Assembly (NCBI GenBank): GCA_000708835.1
Contig: DF236951.1
Span: 372,101 to 436,100, forward strand
Direction: 5' to 3'
DNA: 64,000 bases
From: Klebsormidium nitens
Lineage: Eukaryota; Plantae; Klebsormidiophyceae
In this document: positions 38,478-48,821 of the stretch, piece by piece
Position numbering within the stretch: position 1 is the first letter of the stretch
Layout of the letters: each line of letters begins with the position of its first letter
Position numbers and translations under genes: made by a program
The notes under the pieces: generated by a model
Databases searched by the model: none
What the model saw: the letters and a program-made list of their open reading frames with translations, nothing else
Told to the model about the DNA's origin: nothing

Positions 38478-41400
38478 TCATCGTACCAATCTCACCCTCC
38501 TGTCTGCCTTTCCTGACCCCCTCCACGACCCTGCTCCCCGGCCTCGCCCTCCACCACCTCGGCCCCTCATGCCTGCCACGTGGATCAATGCCGGGCTGCG
38601 CCGTTCCTTCTTGTTCCGCCGGCTCCCAATCACGTACCCGTCCACCAAGCTCGTCCCCATCTTCCGGATCGGCGACGGCCCGGTCACTTTCAGGGCGCTC
38701 CCTCGAGGAGTCGCCGCCGGGGGCGTGCGCATCGTCTTCTCCGGGAGGGGACTCCCGACCTTGAACTCCAAGTTGTTCTTCAGCGAGAAGCGCACTTTTT
38801 TCTTCCTGTGCGACCCGCCCGAGCCCCGAGCGGCACCCCCCGACGAACCCGGAGCACTCCCCCGGGCAGATGCTCCATTGGAAAGAGGTCCCGGAGTCAC
38901 AGCGGCTGGCGTCGAGCCCGCTTCCGGGGTTCGCGGAAATAATATTGGCTGCTCGTCGCTTGCTGAACTACCTCTGGTTTTCTTGAAGTTGGATCGAGGG
39001 CCTGGAGTGTCGTCAGCTTCGGCGAACCGGCTAGCTAGCACGGCCCCCGGAGACTCGCCGGGAGAAGCAGGGGCGAACCTGCTCTTTCCAATGTGTCCAC
39101 CCCGCCTACCGTCGGACGCGGCCGCCAACTGCAGATCGAGGCGAATGTGCGTAAGCACGTGCGTTGAGGGGAGTGGCGAACGGGGGTAGCAAGCTTCGCA
39201 GTGGCACAAGAGGGATTACTTTCCTTAAGGTCTGTAGCAAATTGATATGACACCCCAAATACCCTACTGCTTTCAAACACGAGACCAAAAACAATTACTC
39301 TCGAACTGGGGGCTTATCAACAGAAACCGGATCGTCAAAACGGCCAGTCTGTAGAAGTTCTTAAAACCAAACCACAACCAAAAGGCCGGCCAGCCCGTAT
39401 GCTGCCGCCTGGTTACTGCAATGACCAGTTAATTCATAATGATGCACGGATAGTCAAACAACCGCCTCACCTACCTTTGATGCGACTGGAGGCGTGGCCC
39501 CTGCCCCGCTCTTTCTTCGCTTTGCCGCCGACTCGTTCTCAACCGCTGAACTCTGAAAGTCCACCTCGCCCACTGGAGTCCCTGGAGTCTCCGCCTCTTC
39601 CCCACCTTGTGCAAGCTTCTTCTTTCGCCGCTTTTTCCGGCCGGTTTCAGTGTCGACAGCTGGCGCATCTTGCGCAGGTGTGACAGCTGGCGCGTCCTCG
39701 GCTGCCCCACCTGACGCGTCCCCGGCCGCACGCCGAAGCTCCTCGAGAGCGCTCTCGATCGCTGCGATGGCATCCACTTTAGCAGACCCAGCTGCCCCCT
39801 TTGCCTTTCCCCGTTTCTCCTTCCGCACCCCGTCTGTAGACGCCTCTCTCCCCACTGCGACGCCGCTGACGTCAGCTGCGACGTCAGCCCCTGCCACCGC
39901 GCCCTTTGCGACCTTCCGCCGCTTCTTGTTCTCGGCCGGATCGGCCACAGCGCTGACGTCAGCCGCCATTTCAGCATCTGCTGTGAGCTGCGCAGCCTTC
40001 CGCCTCTTCCTCTTCTCGCTCGGGACATCGGCGCTCCCATTCCCGGCATGAATCGGATCGACAGTCAGCGCATCGCTCACGGAACCGCCCCCCTTGGCGG
40101 CGGCTCTTTCCAGCGCAGCCCTCGACTTCTTTCCATTTTGCGGCGCCACAACCGGGGGTTCTACTTCCACCTCCCCAACCCCCCCCACCTGAGACGCTTG
40201 CCTAGTATTTCGGGCCTTCTTTTTCCCAGGCAGCTCGCCATCCAACACGGACGCTTCCGTGACGTCCGGCTTTTCCACAGCGCGGTCCGTTTTCCGCTTC
40301 CCCTTCCTAGTTGTCTTTCCAGCTATCAGTCCCCCTGGACCAGATTCAGTGGTTCTTTTCTTTGGCTGCACCCCCCCCTCTTGCGCCTGTCCCCCTTCCA
40401 GATTCCCCTTTTCTGACGTCCCCATGTCTTCACCCTCGCTTCTGTCCAAACCATGTCCGTTTTCTTCTCCCGAAACCGGCTCTTTCTGACCTTTCTTACG
40501 CCCTTTCTTCGCTTTCTTCTCGTTCACCTCCGCCACCAGTGCCGACTCCTCAACGAGACCGGACTCGACCAGGGCCTTCGCCCCTCTAGTTCCTCTCTTC
40601 TCCTTTTCCGCTAGCACCACGCCCCTCCCCTCTGCATCCCCTGCCTCCAGGCTCCCCGCTTCGATCTCGTCAAACTTCACAATCTCCGCTTTCCGTTTCT
40701 TCTTGCCCTTCTCTTTCTCCAGCACTGGGGCCGGCCGCTTCCCGTTCTCTTTCGTGGGGGGTTCCTCTGCATGTTCCGTCTGACCCCCGTTTTGGAAAAG
40801 CGCGTCGCCGCCCTGTTTCTTCAGGCGTGCGTGCACAGCATAAAGAGCCGCCCGGTTCTTGGGGGCCGTCTCAGGGGCGGACGCGAGCGCAAACAGGCGG
40901 CTGGCCAATTGGCTGAAGTCGAGGGCCGTCGAAAGAGGGGAGCCTTCAGCTGCGAAGTGAGGAGGGTGAGAGCTTTTCTCCAAGATCCAGGTTACTGGCT
41001 CACAAAAGGTCCACTATTCTATAAGTTGCCCTTTCGGAAGCTGCAAACATCCGCCCAGTGCGGGCAGTAGTTGAGCGTTAAAACGGTTCCTAACCCTATT
41101 GGTAAAAAGCTTGGGGTTAAGAGGTGGCCAAACACGAACTGCCGACCAAAGTGTCATTTGAGAGCCATCTACCCGCACCCTGAGGTGAATAATACGCGGA
41201 TGAAAGCATGTACAAAATGGCCAATACGGAGAGAGTTGAAAGCCGATTGGAAAATCACACATAGTCAACCGGCAATACAAGCGGGAACAATCGGGTGAAG
41301 TTCCCTGGACGTTCTATATATTCCAAGCACGCCAAGAAAACGACCTCGCTTTCTCTCAAATCAAAACCAGTCAAACAATAGTGAGGGGACTTTCAACCCA

Positions 41401-43601
41401 ATCAAAAGCTCCATCCGATGCCCTCAGGCGTTCTTCACGCGTTGCTGTCAGCAGCGGCCCGCAAAGGGGTTGGCTCAGGTCTCAAAGATTGAGCATCATT
41501 GGGCAGATGGGACTTCTGAGCAGCACTCCACGCTTCCAAAACAGATTCTAATTTTGCTCAAAAGCATGCTGAATGCAAACATGCATAAACCCCTCCGTGA
41601 ATACCAACTCCATCATGAAGACTTGCAGGGCCCAAGAGCACAGTCAGGCAGCCAAGACATAACGGTCTGGGACTCACAAAGCTAGACTTCGAAGATTCTT
41701 GGCATTGATGCGAAGCCAAGCGCCCAGCCAAGCTTCCAATCTGAACAATCAAGGGAACCACAAGAGAATTCCAAACAGTCCTGGAAACGAACAGCGTTGA
41801 TCAAAAAGACCCACACAAGTCCGGGGCTATTAAGCTAAGATATAAGCACGTTGCACTCAGCCGCCACAACAGTCACCGTAAGCATCCCAAATTGATTTTA
41901 GCGCAAATATTCAGAGGCTAATCCTGGTCCATAGCACTCACCGTCACCTCCGCTTCGCTGGCGCTCGTCTATGAGGGCCCCAAATACCTCCGTTTCGACC
42001 CTCGGGAGCAGCAGCTTGTCGGCGGAGTGCGAGAGGATCCGCAGGAACGGCTCGAGGAGAAGTGGTGCGGCAACCGGAGGCACCGCGAAGCGGCTTGCTT
42101 CCTCGAGGAAAATGTCCGTCAGGTGGAGGCTGATGCCCTGCTTAGGAAATGTGCACTTTTCTCAATACTCGTCTATGCGAGCGGAACCGCCAATAAATGC
42201 CACCCACAACCTCCGTCATGGGTTTGGGAGCTGGCGAAGCTGACAAATCCGTTCCAAACCATTGAGGCTTCTGAGGTTCTGGATGTATGCGCCATTGCCG
42301 ACCTTTTGCTACAGAATGTACGCTAATAGAGGAGCTTGGAATTAAGGATTTGGTGCAGAAGGACATGCGCTGGTTCTTGCAAAGACGAGTGTTCCCAGCA
42401 CAAACTGCCCGTTGACTCTGCATGCCGAGGGGCATCTGCCAGGCAAAGCTGACAAGCGATACGAACCTCAAAAGCAAACCAATCTCGTAGATGTCCATTG
42501 ACACATACCACCCTCAAATTACAACCGCAACAGAAGCGATTGAAACACTAAACTACCACGAGAGCTGCCGAATCCTGACTACCTGTATCGAAGGACATCA
42601 GGATATCCTCCATCGAATCCCATTTCTTAGTGTCGATCCCATTTCTGAGCGCAAGCCCTCACCAAAGCCGAGTGCTTATCCTTTGCCTCCAGCGTGCCCT
42701 GGGCATACACGTCCACGAGAGCGGTAACTAGGCGTGCCTCCCAGTGCGCGCGGTGCATATACTCCAGGGCAGTGCGCAGGAAGGTGCGCAGCAGAAGGTA
42801 GAACTTGTCCAGGCGCAACCGGTCGATGCCGGACCACTCGCGCCGCATTGTCCACAGGAAGACCTGCACCAACCCCGCAATAGCTTATTGGATCGGTGGT
42901 AGCTTATGGAGGAGAATAAGGTTTGGCTAAAATGGTGGTGCGAAAAAATCGCCTTGTTGTCTGTTGGCAGAAATGCAGCAGTTCCAGCTGTTGTTCTAGG
43001 GAGATTGAAAAGGCTTCCGCCGCCAGATCGCAGTATGTGGTTGGCGTGATTGTCATTACAGCGGGCTCCATGCGCTTGATCTGTGAAAGAGCCGTCTTGA
43101 ACAGGGTAACCGACTCACACTCGCTTCAGTCCTAAGAAAAGTATTACCTGGAATAAATCCATGAAGCATGGCAAGTCTGCCAGCCAACAAACATTGCATT
43201 GAGTCCACCAATCACGACTGATTCCTGCGAAGTCGTTGTCGTCTTCTTACCTGAAGGAAACGCCTAGCCGCCTCTGCCTCCAGGCTCAGCATTAAGCCCG
43301 CCACCCTCTCGATCAGCTCCTCTTGCACTGGCGCCTTGTCAGCATGCCACACCGCGTAAAATAACCCTTTCCAGACCTTTTTCAAATCCTCCTCAGAAGC
43401 GTCCCGCGTCGCGAGCCACGTCGCGAGCGCCTGCATCCCCCTCTGCCGGGTGCCCTTCTTGCTTGAGGCTAAGATCTTCGGCAGCTTGTCGAGCTTAGCA
43501 TCGTCACCACCTTGGGGTTGATGACGATCCTCCTCAACCATGACATCAGCGTGGACGTCCGTGATGCCAGAACGAGAACCAAGCGCTTTCCGGGACACCA
43601 T
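38478..43601 (-). CDS. RRP1: Ribosomal RNA processing protein 1 (Nop52 domain; RRP1/RRP1B-like)
   Basis: KVWKGLFYAVWHADKAPVQEEL, FLWTMRREWSGIDRLRLDKFYLLLR, GISLHLTDIFLEE, then a long Lys/Glu/Ala-rich region, KKKVRFSLKNNL..TPPAATPRGSALK and an RGG-rich C-terminus. Confidence 0.88.
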
Positions 43602-45189
43602 TGGTGCCAGTGGTGGTATGTGTCCTTGCGGAACGCCAATTACGTACTTTGAAGAGACTTGATCGGAGCCGATTGCGTCGTAGTCAATACTCTGGGACAC
43701 GACGAAGTGAAATTGCATAAGGGACGATAATGCACCTAGCACAGTAGATACGGAAAGCCAAGAAGCTGCATTACCCCTGGCAGACGTTCTTTGAGACCAG
43801 AACTCACGCGTACGCCAAACTACTCAATGAAGAAGAGAATTTGCCTTCAAGAGTCGCACTCCAACCAAAAGCCCCGCTCTGTTCATTTGTTACTGCCGGT
43901 TGACATGGTAATGGTGTCAGTACAACAACAACAGCTGCAATGTAACAGGCCAACACATGCTTTAGATAAGCATCATCACTGAGTATATGGCTTCCAAGTG
44001 CTTCGCTAATTTTCTGGTGATACAGACCAGACCCACAGACCACCACAGAACTTATTCTACAAAGAAGAGGCGATCAACATTACACAGCATTGCAGAAATC
44101 GTGCTTAGCCAAGTATATTCAGAATTTCTTGACAAACCCGTTTGAAGTGTCACCAGCCAAAAGGCTTTGCCAAACTTTGTAAAAGCGTTCAACTGCATCA
44201 GCAGCATCCTGGCACTGCAAGAGCTGAGAGCATGGTGGGACAGGACGTGGAACGGGGCTGTCAACTTGTCCTTCTTGCAGAATTTCACAAAACTGACTTA
44301 GCTGAATAAACTTTTGACAAGGTGTTTCCAGAGAGCTACCGATGCTAGATAAACCAAGAATATGAATAATGAAAAGAGGCAGCAAAGAGTGGGGGATTGG
44401 CCCCTCACCAGAATATCATCCACAGCGTAAATGAGATATGTCGTCCTCTTTGCTTACCTGTCAGACATGAACTTACCTACATGGTGCCTCCGTGTCCTAC
44501 TAAAGAGCGACTTAGAAAACAACTACGGTAAGAAACCAGCCAAGCAGAAACTGTTGCCGCCGCGTCCGACCACTCTACACAAGCATGGCGTTTCACACCC
44601 CAAACAGCGCCTCCTGCATTACACAGCAAACGCCCAGCAAACCTACCTACTAGGGCAAGGGGCACAAAGAAGCCAAACATTTTTCGGAACCGCACGAGAG
44701 TCGGCGTTTGTCCTGAATAGGTGGGTACCTTAATTGATTATAGAGTTAGACGGTATAATCAAAGGCTCACGATAAACGGAGCCAAATAAATGCGCGAGCG
44801 AATTGCTCGCGACATCAATTCCTATCTACAGGTCCCCAGGTACTGCACCCCGTGCGTATCGCGCCAGCTGTTGCCAACACGACGCCACGCCCAGTGCACT
44901 TCCCCCAGCTGCCCCGCCAGCGCGACCGCGAGCATCCAATGCATGCACGCGCGGGATCGGCCGACGTCGCATCAGCCAGGCGAAGATTGAAGACCTAGCG
45001 AGCATAACGTAGTGCAGATCGCAATGTAGTGAATGACTAAGGGCATGCAAGGGCCCCATTTGTAGCTCATTCACAAATTCTCTTGCAAGCGAAATTGCTT
45101 GCGCAGTGACTTTTTCCCCGTCCGCCGCGCCCAAACATTGACTTAGCGAATTGTTAATGATGTGCACTTGTGTGCGGCATTGGACTGAG

Positions 45190-47420
45190 CTTAGAAATTA
45201 ACCTAGTGTAGTTAGTCGAATTGACTCAAATATCATCTAGGTTAATTACGTGGCTCAGCCCACGATTTCCACCAAGCCCCGTTCCACTCATCTCATCCAG
45301 TCAGTATGATGTTGTTGTGTCATATGATTCATGCGTAGTGCAATCCATGAGGCGCAAGCTTGATTTCAAGTACCGGTGCGAGCTAAGGTACCCACCGATG
45401 CACACTCTCTGTACCGGGCCAGATTGCTACCGGGGAGCCTCCGACCAACACTAAAATCCTAAAGACAGTGACCTAACCCTAACCAACACCCTAAGTCGTT
45501 CCGCCACAGCCCACCCCAGCCCACCCTAACCCGCCCACCAACCCCACCAAAGTCACTCGATTGTGCGATCATTGTGAGCAGTGCCCGGTATGAAAGTCGA
45601 TGCGCGTCGACGAGCAATCTATTCCCAAATATGTTTGGCTTCTTTGTCCGTTTTGCCCTACTAGGTACCGAAGACACCGAGGACCGGTACTGTACGGTCC
45701 GGGTAACCGGGTACTAGAACATATCGCCTCCGGTAGTCGCAGACTGATGTCAACAGGCTCAGTCCAGAGTCACCAGCCTTCCGCTGATAATCGCATTGCT
45801 GCAACTTGCAACGTAGACCGTTATCTCAACGGGGTTGCTCATCGGACGGCGAGCAACAAGGTTCGTCCCCCTGAAAACCGCTCGTGGCGACCGTCGATTT
45901 AGATCCGAAAGCATGCCAGGTGGTGGTACGGTAGATTAAATCATGGTACGAATTGGTACGAATCAGAACCATATCAAATCGCTGATCAGATTGCACATGT
46001 TCGTTGCTCACGTCATATTAAGTTTTTTTTGACGACAGTGTAGCGTCATCAACGCCTGCTACGACGCGCAGCACGGCTAAATTTTGCATACGCGCAGTGA
46101 GCTTGATAGGGCGGTCACATAGCAGCATTTTCGGGGTGCACCGTCCCTCAGGGACCGAATTTACGTCCCTCAGGGACCGAAAACCGGTGATTTCGTCCCC
46201 CAGAATTTCAAGTCGATATTCTGGGGGACGGTACGCCCCTCAGGGACGCGGGTAAAAATACTAGGGGACGGTCGGCGGTCACTCCTCGGACAGTCTGCCT
46301 CACCGCAGATATCGGGAAGCTTTAACGTTACGCGCGATGTGTCCCTGAAGGAAATATGACCACAGCAGATTCTCGGGGAGCATGCGCTCCCTCAGGGAAC
46401 ACTCGTCACTTCCCCGAGAACTCATATGTGACCGCCCTATGAGCCTTGGAAGTTGGTGCCCCGTGCCCGGGCGGGCCTCAAGAGGATCAGCAGGCCTGCC
46501 GGCCGTAGCAAGGAATCGACCGGCCGAAAGCTACCGGGTATTACTTGCAGGGACAGCTTGGCCTTGGACGTCGAAGAGCTCCGGACATCGCCCGGCCATT
46601 CCAGTCCGGTCGGTCAGAGCCCCAAGGAAGTTTAGTTAATAATACAGTACCCCGGTACCTGGGCCCTGCCCTGGCCTGGGTCACGGTGTGATTACATCGC
46701 GACGCGCGTCAGGTTCTTGAGTCCCCCGCGCTTTTCAGCCTCCAGGATCTACTTGGGCGCATGACGCACTAAACTGGTACGGCACGCACGTACTGCCGTA
46801 GGTATTGTACGGTTTTTGTCTGCGCGTCGAAAGGCTATCGGACGGAGCTCGAACTATTCTTGTCTTGCCAGCTGACCTCTATCGACGGTGAACGCTGTCC
46901 GAGAATTGTGTCACGAGTTGCCACAAGTTGCAACTTGCCGTACAAATGCATCCACCGGTTACCGTAGCTAGGTACCTACTACCTAGTGCCATTTAACTAA
47001 ATTAGTGGTTAAAATTGCAATGTTGGTTTGAAACTATAATACCTAGTATAAATTCAATATACTAAAAGTTGAATTTCGCAAACCAACATTGACTTTGAAA
47101 TTTGAGCTTGAAAGTCGGGAGTTGGGGAGTCCGAGTCTGCCGACTCTGCCCTCGGGGACATCGGGCCTCGGCCGGGCAGGGTCAACGGTGTTGTCACTCT
47201 ACGATGGTGCATAGCGGTAGATTGTGGCATGGGCAGTTCCAACCGCCCGGTCCGTCCAACGTAGCAACCGACCACCGTCAAGCCGGGAGAATCGCCCAGA
47301 GGTGTCCTACCAACCCGCCCCGGTACGTGCGTACAAAATTTTGAACGAGCGGGGGGAAGTACGTCGGTGAACTTCCACATTGCAATTACGGTGGGTACGG
47401 TACAGGGCGGCTTCAAGTTT
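45190..47420. repeat. Non-coding GTAC- and hairpin-rich tract, probably decayed transposon DNA, hosting the MITE
   Basis: About 23 GTAC sites counted by eye in ~2.05 kb (about 8 expected at uniform composition). 11-bp inverted repeat 45196-45206/45237-45247; 13-bp inverted repeat 47018-47030/47079-47091; CCCTAA-like runs at 45470-45545. No credible ORF. Confidence 0.4.
46109..46437. mobile_element. MITE (non-autonomous DNA transposon), 329 bp, PIF/Harbinger-ISL2EU-like ends
   Basis: Perfect 13-bp TIRs GGGCGGTCACATA (46109-46121) and TATGTGACCGCCC (46425-46437), flanked by TA on both sides. Internal 18-bp direct repeat CGTCCCTCAGGGACCGAA (46142, 46164) and two perfect hairpins. No ORF. Confidence 0.85.
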
Positions 47421-48821
47421 GACTTCCAAGTTCGAAGTCCAGCATGTCAACTGCATCGGAGACGGGAGTCGCATGATGATGAGGGGCGAACATGATGACT
47501 CATGAGTCACCTTCGAAATTTGACAACCACGCGGCATTGTATCTGTGGTAGCTACTAGCGCGATCATCGGCTGGCGATCAGCGGCCATGGCGAAGCGCCT
47601 AAACCTCCAGGGCTGAAGGCGGCGCATTATGGTATTGCGTTCTTGTTCCTGCGTAGGCAACCACCCCTGAAGGCATCCTCCAACTCTTGCAGACCGTGGT
47701 GCTTCGCATTTGTCTCGCATTGGATTCAAATCGGTGGTGAGTGGTTAAGATCTGTGTGTTCTGCGGGAATCGCATGTCTCCATGATTCTTTTCCTTTGCA
47801 GCTGACATCAATTGTTGAGTCAGTCTGTTCCAAGTGTCAGCAGGCTCAATTTTCATGCCACATTGCCAACATTTTGAGGTTTATCATGAAATGCTGTCTT
47901 ATGTTGGCTGATCAGCATGGAGATTCAGCATGGAAACAGCACTCGCTTGCAGGGTAAGACGCATTCTCTATGTTTGGCGGTTGCTTTGCAGAATGGAAGG
48001 TTAGTGGTTGCAGGTTTGCAATCTGACACCCATGTCGACATGCGCCTGCTTCTGACGGCGATCACAGGAAGCCTTGTGTGGTCACCTCAAAGCCACAGCC
48101 TGTAGGCTTAGGATGCATCAATTCATGTATCAGTGCCGACCCGTGTTTCTTTTCGCCCCGCAGGTTGCAGCTTTTGCATTGTAGCATAAATTGAAACACA
48201 GCATTCCTGTGGTGGCAAGGTATTTTGCAAGTGGGTAAGCGCTGTAACTGCTTTCTCAACAGGGACAAGTCCTTTGCAATATTGTGCAGAAGAATAGGAT
48301 CACCGCAATTGTGGAGCAGGTCCAACGAAGATCTCACAGGGACAGAAGATATTGAACGATTTGAGGGTCAAAGTCGTCTTTGAACGCATGCAATTTCTTT
48401 GCCGTGTTGCATCATGCAAAATACTCTGCAGATTCGCAGGGACACTGGAGAGATGCTCTCAAACACGCATAAAATCTATTATTTGAACCATCAGATTGAA
48501 AAGAGGGAGTGGCTCCAGCCCCAGATTGTGTTTGTTCAAAAGCCATGCCTGTTTATCAAACAGGTGCTCTGGCATTGTGTGCAGCTGGGGGAAATTGGCT
48601 TTTTCAGGTATACGCATGAGCTCGAAGAATGGAGCAGATGGATCTAGTCAGCTATGGCCTTCTGAGCCGAATCCATCTGGCCAGGGCAGCTTTAGTTTGA
48701 AAAGCATCGCCGTTGGCTGTATCGTCCCTCTGCACCAACGTGTGGTCAATCATCAAGAGAACCGTGACCGATTCTGAAAGGGTTTCTACTCCTTTCAGGT
48801 CGATGTGATCTCGGAGTACTG

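Noticed and set aside
38569-40589. Long plus-strand ORFs antisense to RRP1 (and similar ones opposite SGR6, PRP4 and the 48822 gene)
   Set aside because: Shadow frames of GC-rich coding exons.
47307-48450. Scattered minus-strand ORFs with protein-like stretches (KKLHAFKDDFDPQIVQYLL; LLHNCGDPILLHNIAKDL)
   Set aside because: No transposase, RT or other family motif recognised; the frames do not join convincingly.
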